The notes beneath the pieces are model-generated. The model was not told the DNA's origin and did not search any database. It worked only from the letters and a program-made list of their open reading frames with translations. Shown in pieces: positions 32,981 through 44,279 of a DNA stretch of 64,000 bases. The DNA comes from an uncultured Acidobacteriota bacterium (lineage in GTDB: Bacteria; Acidobacteriota; UBA6911): NCBI GenBank assembly GCA_963827655.1, contig CAWHCF010000004.1, positions 96,001 through 160,000 of the forward strand. Reading direction: 5' to 3'. Positions within the stretch are counted from its first letter, which is position 1. Every line of letters begins with the position of its first letter. The position numbers and the translations under genes are program-made.

Positions 32981-34087
32981 TCAATACACGCCGACGGTTG
33001 TAGTGGCTGCAAACCCGCGGAAGGGCCGAACTCCGCTCACCCCATCCCAGGGGTATTGCTCGCATGGCGGCTCTCGCTCCCCTTCGTCGCGTTCCAGAAA
33101 TCCGGGCACAAAAAATTCCTTTGTGAGCGTGACCAGCTTGACCCGCCCCGTCTGGCCATACTCGACCAGCCTGCCGGGATCATCGAGATCCACAACCTGT
33201 ATGACGGCGCGCGGCTGCGGGGCGTAGTACGTTATCTTGTAATTGTTTTCCGGCCCGGTGGGAGCGCTCGCAGCCAGGCCCATCAAGGTATTGCCGTAGG
33301 TCGGGGTCATGTAGGCGCCATCGAGGAGTTCCTCGTGGGCGAAGCGGTTCCACTGCGGGGTGAACTCTGTGCCGCCCGAAAATATCCCGGTGATGCCCGC
33401 CTTTCGGATGCTCGAGCCGCGACTCTCAAGGCGCAGGGCCAGGGCTTCGAGCAGCTTTGGCGTGGTAAACAGACAATGAATGTTATGACCCGCCTCCAGA
33501 ATCGTTATCGCCTGATCGATGCAGTGATCCTTGTACGCCTGCAGATGGTCGGCCCAACCTTTCTTGATGAGCTTGATCACCCAGCGGGGATCGAGATCGA
33601 TGCAAAAGCAGATTCCTCCCCGATACTGGGCCAGGTGCTCGACCGAGAGGCGCAAGCGCCGGGGACCGGAGGGCCCGAGCATCAACCAGTTCGATCCTTT
33701 GGGAAAGTACTGGTCGGGGAGCGTTGCGCTGAAGATCTCATAATCGACGCGAAAGTCATTGAATGCGACGCGCGTCTTGGGAATACCGGTGGTTCCTCCA
33801 GTCTCGAAAACATAAACCGGCTGCCCCGCTAATCCCCTCGGAATCCAGCGTTGGACGGGACCGCCTCGAAGCCATTCGTCTTCAAAAGGGCCGAAGCGCG
33901 CCAGATCTTCGAACCCTCGTATCTCGGCGCGCGGATCCCAGGCAAGCTTCTGTGCAAAGTCCAGCCAGAACGGGCAGCCGGTGGCAGGATCGAAGTGCCA
34001 CTGAACGGCCTCGCGGACCCAGGCATCCAGCTGATCGCGGGCAACCTGTTGCTTCGACTCGAGCAGCGTTTCTCTGGTGGCGCTCAA
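32981..34087 (-). CDS. short ANL-like adenylating protein, GriC/EhpF-like
   Basis: 368 aa; WHF.P.TG.PFW, P-loop ETGGTTGIPK, DLDPRWV, YGNTL, ERD; coupled to the ALDH-fold gene. Confidence 0.7.
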   Translation of the reverse strand: MSATRETLLESKQQVARDQLDAWVREAVQWHFDPATGCPFWLDFAQKLAWDPRAEIRGFEDLARFGPFEDEWLRGGPVQRWIPRGLAGQPVYVFETGGTTGIPKTRVAFNDFRVDYEIFSATLPDQYFPKGSNWLMLGPSGPRRLRLSVEHLAQYRGGICFCIDLDPRWVIKLIKKGWADHLQAYKDHCIDQAITILEAGHNIHCLFTTPKLLEALALRLESRGSSIRKAGITGIFSGGTEFTPQWNRFAHEELLDGAYMTPTYGNTLMGLAASAPTGPENNYKITYYAPQPRAVIQVVDLDDPGRLVEYGQTGRVKLVTLTKEFFVPGFLERDEGEREPPCEQYPWDGVSGVRPFRGFAATTTVGVY

Positions 34088-35568
34088 TTTCCCGTACCCG
34101 CTCGTGTATTCGCAATGGCATAAAGCTCACTGCGGTTCATGATGTAAAGGGTGCCGTTGGCCGCCACCGGTGTGGCGTAGACGGAGCTGCCCATGTTGTT
34201 TTCCTTGATGACCTTCAGTTCTTTGCCAGCCGCAAGAATGACCACGTCGCCGTCTTCATCGCCAAGATAAACTTTCCCGTCGGCGACCAGAGTCGATCCC
34301 CAGACGGCTGCGAGCATATCATGCACCCAGTAAGGCTTGCCGGTCTTGGCGTCCACGCAGTGGAGAAACCCGCTGAAGTCGGGAATGTACACCAGACCGT
34401 CGAGGATAGATGCAGTGGATATGGTGCGACGGATCTTGTCGTAATGCCAGACGCGGCCGCTTTGAGTGATATCTCCCTTCTTGCTGGGATCGATCGCGTA
34501 CATGTGACCGACGCCTTCCCCATGCTCAGGGTCCTGCCCGGAAGCGAGGTAGATTTTGTTCTCGTAAACCACCGGAGTTCCGATCGCGTCATTCTTGGTC
34601 TTGGGCCAGACGGCATCTTTCGGATTCAGATCGAACTTCCACAGCTGCTCTCCCGTCTGCGCGTTGAATCCGTAGACCCAGCCGTCCCCGCCCGGGAAGA
34701 ACGCCTGAAGCAGCCCGTCAACCGTGGCGAGCGAGGGAGACGCCCACTGTCCGTGGAGAATCTTGTCGCCGGGCGACCCGTCTTCCCATGCCACCTTGCC
34801 CGTCTTCTTGTTCACCGCAAGGAAGCTTGGCGCTCGGGGGGACGGTATGTTGACGTGGCTCTCATCGTGGCCGTTCGAGGTTTCGAGAAACAAAAGATCG
34901 CCATGAGACACCGGCGAGGAATTCGCCATGTTGTGCGGAAAGACCCCGAGTTCTTCCATCATGTCGAGCTTCCACACCACGTCGCCGTCTTTGGGCGATT
35001 TCAGGGGCTCTTCCTTGTAGGGACCGTCATTCTCGCCGTCCGCGAATCCCTCGGTGTCCATGCAGATGAGCTCGCACCGATTGCTTACGTAGTAGAGCCG
35101 GTCTCCTTCCACCAGCGGCGAGGAGCAGACTCCCTGAAAGGGCCAATCGTTGACGCGTCCCGCGGCGAGTTTGTCATTCACATGCTGCCAGAGGAACTGG
35201 CCGTCCGATTCCCGGAAGGCCATGAGGATACCTTTGTCGCCCGTAATCTTGGGGTCTCTCGGATTCTCATTGTTGGTTCCGACAAAAACCTTTCCGCCCG
35301 AGACTACCGGGTTCCCGTACGATTGCGAGCCGAGATCCGCCTTCCACTTGATATTCTTCTTGGCCTTGACGTCCCATTCGACTGGAAGGTTCTTCATCGG
35401 TGAGACCATGTTGCGCTGCGGCGTTCCACCCCACATTGGCCAGTCCTGGGAAAAGAGCGGCAGTAACCAGACCAGGACGAAGATAACGACTGGAAGGCAG
35501 GTTTTTTTAGATATCCTGGCGTCCGGTCGTCTCGGTGTTTGAACGGGTGTCGCTTGATTTTTAATCAT
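34084..35568 (-). CDS. secreted PQQ-like beta-propeller protein
   Basis: DWPMWGG, GSQSYGNPVV, repeated blades, acidic DGENDGPY insert; 4-bp overlaps with both neighbours. Confidence 0.85.
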   Translation of the reverse strand: MIKNQATPVQTPRRPDARISKKTCLPVVIFVLVWLLPLFSQDWPMWGGTPQRNMVSPMKNLPVEWDVKAKKNIKWKADLGSQSYGNPVVSGGKVFVGTNNENPRDPKITGDKGILMAFRESDGQFLWQHVNDKLAAGRVNDWPFQGVCSSPLVEGDRLYYVSNRCELICMDTEGFADGENDGPYKEEPLKSPKDGDVVWKLDMMEELGVFPHNMANSSPVSHGDLLFLETSNGHDESHVNIPSPRAPSFLAVNKKTGKVAWEDGSPGDKILHGQWASPSLATVDGLLQAFFPGGDGWVYGFNAQTGEQLWKFDLNPKDAVWPKTKNDAIGTPVVYENKIYLASGQDPEHGEGVGHMYAIDPSKKGDITQSGRVWHYDKIRRTISTASILDGLVYIPDFSGFLHCVDAKTGKPYWVHDMLAAVWGSTLVADGKVYLGDEDGDVVILAAGKELKVIKENNMGSSVYATPVAANGTLYIMNRSELYAIANTRAGTGN

Positions 35569-37781
35569 TTCGAATTCTCGGTTACCTTAATGTTGTCGTA
35601 ATAAATTTCATTGTGAGCGTAGGCAAAGAGTCCGGGACTGCCCTGCAGGTTTGGTATCGGATCTTCTTTTTCGATCGTCCACGCCTCCGGTTCCGGGCTA
35701 TCCTTGGGCCAGACCTTTCCGCGGACGAGGACCTTTCCCGAGGGACTATTCTCGACCCGAACCTTCATTTTGTACCAGACGTTTGGTTTCCACTGAAAGG
35801 AAACACTCCGGGAACGGCTGGTTTCAGGCTGCCAGCTTTCGATAAAGAGCTTCTGGGAATTTCCCGTCAACACCAGCGCATAGCGCTGGGCCGTGATACC
35901 GATGTCCCCCATCTGGCGCCGTTTCTCGATTCCCAGGACATCGGCTTCCATCGTGTAGTTGGACAAGTGTGAAGGACCCATGTAGGATCGGCAGCGCCGG
36001 AGCAGAGACTGCTCGTTGGTCAGCTTCACCAGAACCTTGTTTCCCTCCACATCGCGGACCTGGTACTTTCCCGCTACCCCCACCCAATGGGCCGGGACGC
36101 TTCCTGGCGCGAGCGACTCGAAATCTTCATTCCAGGGGAGTGAAGGAATAACTCGAACGCGCGCCGCGCCGGTAATTCCACCGATGGTCGCGCGTACCTC
36201 GCCGCTCTGGGGTCCCTTCGGGCTGGAAAATTTTCCCTCCGGGCTTACGTCTCCCTGCAGGCCGGAGAGCGCCCAGGTGGCTTTTTCCTCCCGGATGAAC
36301 TTCCCCGCGGCATCGAAACTTCGGGCCTTGAAGCTGATTTCCTTGCCCGGCGCGATCATCAGTTCGCTCGGTACGACTTGAACGAAAGCCGCCGTGCCCG
36401 TTGAAGACGATGCCGCAAGAGAGGCAGGAGCCTGCGGCGCCTTGGACGGCGCCAAAGCCTTCTTGGAACCAATGCAGTATGTGGCCTTGGTGGAAACCAG
36501 GTAAACACGCCCCTGTGCTACGGCGACCGAAGCGATCACTTCCTCTTCGCCGGCGCCTTTGCTGAGGTCGTCAACGTCGAGGACCTGGCAGTCCTTATCA
36601 CCCGGTTTCAGGATATAGAACTTGCCATTTTCGGTGCCGACGTAAATCTTGCCGTCCGCGTAAACCGGCGAAGCCTTCTGGATAGTGCCCAGGTTCTGCC
36701 GCCACACTTCTTTCCCGGTGGAGGCATCGACGCAGAAAAGGTTCGCGCCGTTGTCGACGGCATAGATCCTGCCATTAGCTAAAGCAGGGGAAGAATAACT
36801 GACCGTAATGCCGTCGACCCGCCATTTCTCGCCGCTCTTCGTGATGTCCCCCGAGAGCGTCGGATCCAGCGCAACGATCCTGCCCATGACCGGCGTGTCG
36901 AGATTCTCTTCGCCATGTGAGGCGTAGACCAATTTGCCGTCGCTGACTACGGCCGTGTTGATTCCTCGCTTGCTGAACGGCAAAGACCAGACCTTTTCTC
37001 CCGTCCGTGCTTTGAGCGCATGGATCCCGCCGTCGGCGCCGCCGTCGATCAGAAGCGTCTTGCCGGCAATTTCCGCAATGACTGGGGTGGTATAGGTTGT
37101 GTCGTAAGGGGCTCCGCCGGGCTGCGACACCCACACAATATCTCCGGTCATCTTGTCGAAGGCTATGTAACGATGGCCTCCGCGCCCTTGATTTCCCCAG
37201 CTCGCGGTGATACCGCTCGCGATCACAAGGTTCTCAAAAACGATCGGAGTATTGGTTCGGCCTCCGTGCGTGGTTACCTGTCCAAATTCCTCGGCCAGCG
37301 GGTGTTCCCAGAGAAGCTTGCCACTGCGATCGAGGCAGAGAAACGCGCCGCCAACGCCCAGGACATAGATGCGCTCGGTCGCGGGATCTACTACCGGAGA
37401 GGCCCAGCCGACACGGTGCGGCGGCACATCACTGCCGTATACGTTGAAACGGTATTGCCAGAGGGTCTTGCCTGAATTCGCATCGAGGCACACGAGCTGC
37501 TCCTGCTCGGTTTCTCCTTCTCCCGCGATGTTAACGAGGTAGAGACGATCCCCCATCACAACGGGTGCCGATCGCCCGCCAACCGGAGCTTTCCATACGA
37601 CGTTTTCACCTTCCGGAGACCAGGACGTCGGCAATCCGGTCTCTTCGGAAACGCCATTCTGAAGGGGCCCGCGCCAGTTGGACCAGATTCCGGACAGTCG
37701 AGTGGTTGCGAACGACAGGGAAAGCGTGAAAAAGGAGATTGCCAATATCGCTCTAAGGGTTTTGAACATAGCCGTGCTCAT
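35565..37781 (-). CDS. secreted PQQ-like beta-propeller with C-terminal Ig-like and lectin-like domains
   Basis: WSNWRGP, propeller blades, A/S/P linker, then beta-rich domain ending GSPGLF...IYYDNIKVT. Confidence 0.83.
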   Translation of the reverse strand: MSTAMFKTLRAILAISFFTLSLSFATTRLSGIWSNWRGPLQNGVSEETGLPTSWSPEGENVVWKAPVGGRSAPVVMGDRLYLVNIAGEGETEQEQLVCLDANSGKTLWQYRFNVYGSDVPPHRVGWASPVVDPATERIYVLGVGGAFLCLDRSGKLLWEHPLAEEFGQVTTHGGRTNTPIVFENLVIASGITASWGNQGRGGHRYIAFDKMTGDIVWVSQPGGAPYDTTYTTPVIAEIAGKTLLIDGGADGGIHALKARTGEKVWSLPFSKRGINTAVVSDGKLVYASHGEENLDTPVMGRIVALDPTLSGDITKSGEKWRVDGITVSYSSPALANGRIYAVDNGANLFCVDASTGKEVWRQNLGTIQKASPVYADGKIYVGTENGKFYILKPGDKDCQVLDVDDLSKGAGEEEVIASVAVAQGRVYLVSTKATYCIGSKKALAPSKAPQAPASLAASSSTGTAAFVQVVPSELMIAPGKEISFKARSFDAAGKFIREEKATWALSGLQGDVSPEGKFSSPKGPQSGEVRATIGGITGAARVRVIPSLPWNEDFESLAPGSVPAHWVGVAGKYQVRDVEGNKVLVKLTNEQSLLRRCRSYMGPSHLSNYTMEADVLGIEKRRQMGDIGITAQRYALVLTGNSQKLFIESWQPETSRSRSVSFQWKPNVWYKMKVRVENSPSGKVLVRGKVWPKDSPEPEAWTIEKEDPIPNLQGSPGLFAYAHNEIYYDNIKVTENSK

Positions 37782-38080
37782 CCTCGAATGACGAGTGAAC
37801 AATAGTATGGATCCAGAGAACTGGCCATCCCATATCACTCATCACTAAAAAATCAGCTTCAGACCGAAAATGCACTTGCCTGGACGGCGTTAGCGTTCTA
37901 CAGGGGCGTTATACCATGAATCTCCATCGGTCGAATCTCCATCGATCCGGCGCCCGTTGAATACTCAAGGCCGACACGAGCGCGTTTGCTCGTAAATCCA
38001 GGGATTTCGAAGGTTCGCAGCCCTGGCGAATGTGAAGGATAGTCCATGCTGATGCAGGTTTCAAGAATGCAGGCTTCCGC

Positions 38081-38117
38081 TTAGTGTTTCTTCGTGTCTT
38101 CATGTCCTCGTGGTTAA
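38081..38117. repeat. dispersed 9-nt-period repeat
   Basis: ttagtgtttcttcgtgtcttcatgtcctcgtggttaa. Confidence 0.65.
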
Positions 38118-38238
38118 AGCTGTCGCCGCACATTGAAAACATCGCGCCGCCGCGATATGTTTCCTGCATTGACGAAGTCTTACGAGAACGACTCATGCAT
38201 GATCATACGCGTGTTTCGCACCGAGAAAGGGCACGGAC

Positions 38239-38995
38239 ATGAATACCGGCATGAAATTTGTCTTGGCGATTTTTCTGGCCGCATCTTCCGCAGCGGGGCA
38301 AACTGAAGTCAAACCGGCGGCAGGTGCCGGCGCCGCGCTGCCCACCGCCGATGAGGTTGTGGACAAATACGCGAATGCGATCGGCGGGAAAGAGGCTTAC
38401 GAGAAACTGAGCAGCCGTCTGTCCAAGGGAACTTTCGAACTGCCCGCCATGGGGGCCAGCGGCAGCATGGAAATCCATGCCAAAGCTCCCAACAAGACGA
38501 TCTCGATCATCGACATCCCGGGATTCGGCCTTATCTCGCGCTGCTATGACGGGACCACGGCCTGGGCCCAGGATCCTCAGACCGGTATTCGCGAGCTAAC
38601 CGGTAACGAACTTGCGCTTCAAAAACGCGGGAGCCGATTTCTTTCAGGCTGTGAGGATGAAAGAGCTCTATCCCAAGCGCGAGCTCAAGGGCAAGGAGAA
38701 GGTGGGCGAGCGGGAGGCTTATCTGGTGGAAGCGGTGCCTTCGGAGGGCGGACCGGTGAAGATGTATTTCGACACGGAAAACAGTTTTCTCACCAAGATC
38801 CAGCTCGACGTGGAGACACCCCAGGGCACACTGGATGTTCAAACAATGCTCGGGGACTACAAGGAAGTGGACGGTGTCAAATTGCCATTCACAATGCGAC
38901 AGGTTGCCGGGGCGCTCGACTTTGTAATCAAGATACAAGAGGTCAAGCACAACGTTCCTATCGATGATGAAAAGTTCAAGAAACCGGAGAAGTAG
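38239..38995 (+). CDS. secreted LolA-like/DUF620-like protein (frameshift near 38620)
   Basis: Signal peptide, VVDKY.NAIGG, KAPNK, then DYKEVDGVKLPF...N.PIDDEKF in the second frame. Confidence 0.7.
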
Positions 38996-39070
38996 GGAAG
39001 TCCTTTAGTCTTACCTCGGCGACTTCGCGTCTTGGCAATTGATTTGCTCTCGTGAGCCTGGGAGCGGTTC

Positions 39071-40099
39071 ATGCTTGTCATTATGAAAGCGACTGCCTCG
39101 AAAGGGGAGATCGAGGCAGTCTGCCGCAAAATCGGGGAGATGGGCTACCGGGCTCACCCCATTCCAGGTTTCACCCGCACCGCCATTGGAATCACGGGCA
39201 ATCAAGGGCCTGTAGAGGCCGCGCCTCTCGAAGCGCTCGCGGGGGTGGTCGAATGCGTCCCGGTTTCGAAACCCTACAAGCTGGTCGGGCGTGAGCTCAA
39301 GGAAGAGGGGACCGTAGTCGACCTGGGCCACGGCGTCAAAATAGGGGCCGAGGAACTGGCCGTCATTGCGGGACCCTGTGCGGTTGAAAATCGAGAGCAG
39401 ACCTTCGCCATTGCTGGCGCCGTTAAGGCCGTCGGCGCCCGATTGTTTCGCGGCGGCGCCTACAAGCCGCGCACCTCACCTTACAGCTTCCAGGGATTGG
39501 CCGAAGCAGGGCTGAAGATCCTGTCCGATGTTCGCGACGAATTCGATCTGAAAATAGTCACCGAGGCTGTAGACAACGAGAGCCTCGACCTGGTGGAGCG
39601 CTATGCGGACGTCATTCAGATTGGCGCTCGCAACATGCAGAACTTCTCGCTCTTGAAGCACGCGGGGCGGGCGAAAAAGCCGGTGTTGCTCAAGCGCGGG
39701 CTCTCGGCCACCCTTGACGAATTGCTCATGGCCGCCGAATACATCATGTCCGAGGGAAATTACGCTGTCATCCTGTGTGAGCGCGGCGTGAGGACCTTCG
39801 CCGATCACACGCGCAATACGCTCGACTTGAGTGTGGTTCCGGCCGTGCATCGGCTCAGTCATCTCCCGATCTTGGTGGATCCCAGTCATGGCACGGGGCG
39901 GCGTGAAAAGGTCTTGCCGCTATCGCGCGCGGCGGTGGCCGTCGGGGCAGATGGCCTCTTGATCGAGGTTCACCACCGGCCGGAGGAGGCCCTCTCGGAT
40001 GGCTATCAATCGATTTTTCCGGCGCAGTTCGACCAGTTGATGGGCGAGATCCGCCAGATCGCGTCCGTGCTCGGGCGCTCCGTTGCGCCGGCGCCATAG
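39071..40099 (+). CDS. aroF: 3-deoxy-7-phosphoheptulonate (DAHP) synthase, type I-beta with N-terminal regulatory domain
   Basis: [45 protein letters not shown]. Confidence 0.93.
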   Translation: MLVIMKATASKGEIEAVCRKIGEMGYRAHPIPGFTRTAIGITGNQGPVEAAPLEALAGVVECVPVSKPYKLVGRELKEEGTVVDLGHGVKIGAEELAVIAGPCAVENREQTFAIAGAVKAVGARLFRGGAYKPRTSPYSFQGLAEAGLKILSDVRDEFDLKIVTEAVDNESLDLVERYADVIQIGARNMQNFSLLKHAGRAKKPVLLKRGLSATLDELLMAAEYIMSEGNYAVILCERGVRTFADHTRNTLDLSVVPAVHRLSHLPILVDPSHGTGRREKVLPLSRAAVAVGADGLLIEVHHRPEEALSDGYQSIFPAQFDQLMGEIRQIASVLGRSVAPAP

Positions 40100-40185
40100 G
40101 ACTCTGGAGTTTTCGTGGTTAGGCTGGGGCAAAAAAAGCAAACACTAAGACGCGAGGAAACTCACGCACATTCAATTTGCAGCGA

Positions 40186-42624
40186 TCATTCGTATCTGAG
40201 GGCCACCATCGGATCAATCTTCGCTGCCCGGCGCGCCGGGATGTAGCAGGCCATGAGCGCGATTGCGGCGAGTAGCAGCGAAGCCCCAATGAAGCTCAGC
40301 GGATCGGTCGCGGCAATTCCATAGAGCAAGCCCGACAGCAGGCGCGTCAGCGCGAGCGCGCCTGCAATTCCGGCTCCTGCGCCCAGTAGAACCAGCACGA
40401 ACCCTTGACCTAATACGATGCGGATCACATCCCCACGAGCCGCTCCCAGCGCCATCCGAATCCCGATCTCGCGCGTCTGCTGGCTCACAGCGTACGCCAT
40501 CACTCCATAGACGCCCACCGCCGCGAGAATGACAGCCAGCGTCGCAAACACCGTCAACAAGAGCGTCTGGAACCGCCGGCGGGACTTCGAGTCGGAAACC
40601 AGCTGTTCCATCGTCTGGAGACTGAAGATTGCCTGGTCCGGGTCTACGGTTGCCACCTCGCGCCGAATGGCGGCCGCGAGTTCGGCAGGTTCGCCCTGGG
40701 TCCGCACAGCCAGAAGCATCACGAAAGACGGAACCTGCAAGTAAGGAACGTAGATCTCGGGCCTGCGATCGACGTCGAGCCCGTAATGGCTCACGCCCTT
40801 GACGATACCTACGATCTCACGCCAGACCGGCTGGCCCGCGCGCCGGTTCACACTCACGCGCTTGCCCATCGGGTCCTCGCCGGGCCAGTACGTGCGAGCG
40901 GCGACATCACTCACAATAGCAACTTCGGCCGCTCCTTCCCTGTCCTGCAAGGTAAAGTTCCGGCCTCGAAGCAGCGTAATTCCCATAGCCTCAAAATACC
41001 GTGGCGAAACTTTGGGCCGATTCGGCATGGGCCAATCGACGCCCTCCGGGGGGTTGGGGCGCCCCTCTATCCGGAAGCTGCCCTGGTCGTTGATCCCGGT
41101 TAGAGGAAGTGAGTTTCCTGCCGCCGCAACCTTGACCCCCGGCAGAACTTGCACGCGATCGAGGACGTTCCGGAAAAAGGCAGCCTGCTCGTTGCCTTCG
41201 GGATACTTGGATCCAGGCAGCACAATACCGCCTATCAGGAGGTTCTGCGCGTCGAATCCCGGATCTGTTCCCACGAGGCGGTGGAAACTGCGGATAAGCA
41301 AGCCAGCGCTGATGAGCAACGTCACGGCCAGCGCAAGCTCGCCCGCCACCAGCAGCCCTCGAAGTCTGCGCCTGAGGGGGCTTGGAGTCGCTTTCCAGCC
41401 GGACTCCTTCAGAGCTTCATTGGCATCCCTGCGCCAGGCGAACAGCGCGGGCGCCAGGCCGAATAGAAACGCTGTGCCCAGCGACAAGATCAGTGTGAAG
41501 ATGAGGACCTGCACATCGATCCGGGTGTCGCCGAGGCGGGTGATGGTTGGCGGACCAAAGGTCCGAAACAGGTCGACCCCCCAGCTCGCGAACAAGAGAC
41601 CCGAGAGACCTCCGAGCAGGCCGAGCAGCGTGCTCTCGGTGAGAGTCTGCCTCGCCAGCCGGCGTCGAGTCGCGCCCAGGGCGATCCGTATCGCCATCTC
41701 GCTTTTCCGAGCTTCGGCGCGCGAGAGGAGGAGGTTGGCAACGTTCAGGCAAGCAATCAGCAGCACAAGCCCGATCGCGCCGAGGAGAAACAGCAGAGGA
41801 TCACGCACTCCCCTGGTCATATGGCGCTGTAAAGCTGTCACGCTGACACCGAGTCCCTTATTCGATGCGGGATAAATGCGCGCCAGGTTGAGGGCGATTG
41901 CGTCCAGATCCGTCTGGGCCTGCTCCATGGTCACGCCTGGTTTCAGGCGCGCGACCGCCCAGTAGTTGTAGCTCTCGCGGTTCTTCAAATCCGGATCAAC
42001 CCGCATCGGGAGCCAGAGTTCGGGCGCATAGGGGAGGTCGGCCGGAGTGGTCTTGGGGAATTGAAATTCCTCGGGCATCACTCCGACGACCGTGTGGTCG
42101 AGACCGTCGACCCTTATCTGACGGCCGATCACTGCTCGGTCTGCCCCGAACTGCCGCTGCCAGAGACCGTAGCTGAGCACCACCACGCGCTCACGTCCCG
42201 GCTGATCGTCCTCCGACAGGAGAGTTCTCCCAAGCAACGCTCGAGTTCCCAGGGTTTCGAACAACTGAGGAGTCGCCTGCAGACCGGAGACTGCCACCGG
42301 CGTATCGCCGCCACCGACCGTGAAAAGCCAGTAGCGGTAAGCCGCCATTTCCGCAAAGACTCGATTCTCTTTCCGCCAGTCCAGGAAGTTGGGGTACGAC
42401 AGCCAGTCTCTCTCCCCCGTTCCGCGCAGACCGGTTTGCCAGAGCTGTACCAGGCGCTCCGGTTCGAGGTAGGGAAGGGGACGGAGCAGGACTGCCCGGA
42501 CCACGCTGAACATGGCTGTATTCGCGCCAATCCCCAGCGCCAGTGCAAGCACCGCAGCGATCGTGACACCGGGGTTCTTTACCAGCATGCGGAACCCGTA
42601 CCGAAGGTCTTCCATCAGGCTCAT
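40186..42624 (-). CDS. ADOP-type duplicated ABC permease
   Basis: [55 protein letters not shown]. Confidence 0.92.
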   Translation of the reverse strand: MSLMEDLRYGFRMLVKNPGVTIAAVLALALGIGANTAMFSVVRAVLLRPLPYLEPERLVQLWQTGLRGTGERDWLSYPNFLDWRKENRVFAEMAAYRYWLFTVGGGDTPVAVSGLQATPQLFETLGTRALLGRTLLSEDDQPGRERVVVLSYGLWQRQFGADRAVIGRQIRVDGLDHTVVGVMPEEFQFPKTTPADLPYAPELWLPMRVDPDLKNRESYNYWAVARLKPGVTMEQAQTDLDAIALNLARIYPASNKGLGVSVTALQRHMTRGVRDPLLFLLGAIGLVLLIACLNVANLLLSRAEARKSEMAIRIALGATRRRLARQTLTESTLLGLLGGLSGLLFASWGVDLFRTFGPPTITRLGDTRIDVQVLIFTLILSLGTAFLFGLAPALFAWRRDANEALKESGWKATPSPLRRRLRGLLVAGELALAVTLLISAGLLIRSFHRLVGTDPGFDAQNLLIGGIVLPGSKYPEGNEQAAFFRNVLDRVQVLPGVKVAAAGNSLPLTGINDQGSFRIEGRPNPPEGVDWPMPNRPKVSPRYFEAMGITLLRGRNFTLQDREGAAEVAIVSDVAARTYWPGEDPMGKRVSVNRRAGQPVWREIVGIVKGVSHYGLDVDRRPEIYVPYLQVPSFVMLLAVRTQGEPAELAAAIRREVATVDPDQAIFSLQTMEQLVSDSKSRRRFQTLLLTVFATLAVILAAVGVYGVMAYAVSQQTREIGIRMALGAARGDVIRIVLGQGFVLVLLGAGAGIAGALALTRLLSGLLYGIAATDPLSFIGASLLLAAIALMACYIPARRAAKIDPMVALRYE

Positions 42625-42653
42625 GGTCGCGTCACTCCATTGGTGCAGTTTCG

Positions 42654-42669
42654 AGCAAATTCCATGCCA
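42654..42669 (-). promoter_or_regulatory. sigma-54 (-24/-12) promoter of the ADOP permease
   Basis: Minus strand TGGCATGGAATTTGCT fits TGGCACG-N4-TTGCW, 30 bp upstream of ATG 42624. Confidence 0.75.
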
Positions 42670-42839
42670 GGGACTAATCGACTCAAAGCGACTGAGATCA
42701 GGACCGATGCGTGGCAGTTCGTCCCACTTGAGTGTCCGGTTGCGGGATTCGCGTAGAGCAGAATCGGACAGTGGCAAGTCCAGCCGCTGAGTCTTGTGCT
42801 CAGCGCGATCCTGCTGGAAACCTGGTCTTGAAATCCGGC

Positions 42840-44112
42840 TTAAGCTTCAGCCGGCAACGGCGCGCGCCTTCTCATCGGTTCCCATTTCCAGTAGGTCAGC
42901 GAGCGCCAGACCCACTCGAACGGCCCATAATGAAAGCGCCGCAGCCACAGCGTGGAAAAGATCAGCAGAAAGCTATAGACCGCGAATGTGATCAGGATCT
43001 GTCCAAGGCGATCCACCGACCCGAAAAGACCGAGTCCGTGGCCGTAGAAAATCGTCGTACAGATCAGGCTCTCGCCGAGATAGTAACACGGTCCGTGGAA
43101 AGGCCATCCGGCCTCGGCGCTGCGGCAAGATGGGTCTACGCAGGCGCTCGCGAGAGCGAAGGGGACTATGCAGGCCAGCATCACGAGACCTACGTAGGCG
43201 AGGCTCACCAGCAGGCTGCCCCAGTAATTGTACTGCCCGCCGAAGAAGAACGAATACCGCACGTCCCAGTTCGAGGCCTGGTTGCGATGAATCCCATGAA
43301 GAATCGCCGGGATTCCCGTTCCCAGCCCCAGGATTGCGAGCTTCCGTAGAAGGCCGACGAGCGCCTTGCATCGAACACTCCCCATTTGTATAGCGCCATT
43401 CCGACCAGCATCAGTCCGCCTGCGCGCCAGATGCCCCAGATCCACATGACGAAGACGTGGAACTCGAGCGCCACCTTGACCCGTTTAGGCATCTGGTCAA
43501 GCCAACCGCCCCGATAAGCTGCGACTTCCGCGGCTAGCTCTTCCTGCGGCGGGAGCCACAAATCGTCGGTAAACTTCTCAATCTCCTCGGGCGGCCAAAA
43601 CCGCACGGACCAGCCGAAGAGCAGTGAGATCCCGGATCCGATCGCGATCATCAGGATTCCAATCATCAGCAGACGCGCGCTGGCGGCTGCCGGCGCATCA
43701 AATAACACTACGAAACCGCAAACCGCATAGAGCACCAGGATGTCGCCGTACCAGATCAGGTAGGCGTGCAGCAGTCCGAACACCAGCAACCAGAATGTCC
43801 GCCGGTAGTAGATCGGACCGGGCCGGTGCGCCCTGGGCCTCGATGCGACTGCGTCATCAGCACGACGCCCGCTCCGAAGAGCAACGAGAAGAGGGTCATG
43901 AACTTCTGGTCGGCCAGCAGGTGACTGAAGAACCAGACCCAATAGTTCGCGCCCGACAGGTCTCCGTAAGCGGTCGGGTTGAAGTAGGCCGAGAACGGCA
44001 TGGCAAACGATTGAATGTTCATCACCAGAATGCCGAGCACGGCGAAACCGCGCAGCACGTCGATAGAGCCGATGCGTTCGGATTCGGTGACCGGCGCGGC
44101 TGATGGCGGCAT
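42840..44112 (-). CDS. DUF418 (YeiB-like) membrane protein, several frameshifts
   Basis: [51 protein letters not shown] across three frames. Confidence 0.83.
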
Positions 44113-44279
44113 AGGTAGAACTCTGGCATCACACCCTGCGGGTGGGGATTGCCCTGGAGCTCCTCACGGTGCTGGTATCTTAGAATCAAGCGCCGGGCGA
44201 GAAACAATACCCGATTCCCGGCACTGGCGTCTTCGACACCTTGGTGATAAGAGTATTACCGTCACGATCAGGAGCTGTC

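Noticed and set aside
31520-34087. Bioluminescence luxCE or a phenazine cluster
   Set aside because: No luxA/B/D and no phzA-G homologues in the window; only the reductase-like pair is present.
33763-35403. Long antisense ORFs (also 318-1421, 44268-45479, 54882-55994, 40799-41875)
   Set aside because: Shadows of well-supported opposite-strand genes in high-GC DNA, with no motifs.
26044-37781. PQQ-dependent dehydrogenases or true BamB
   Set aside because: Only generic propeller blades are visible; no quinoprotein catalytic signature, lipobox, pqq genes or bam context.
37918-37947. 15-bp tandem duplication gaatctccatcg(g/a)tc upstream of the propeller operon
   Set aside because: Only two copies; could be an operator or slippage, with nothing to discriminate.
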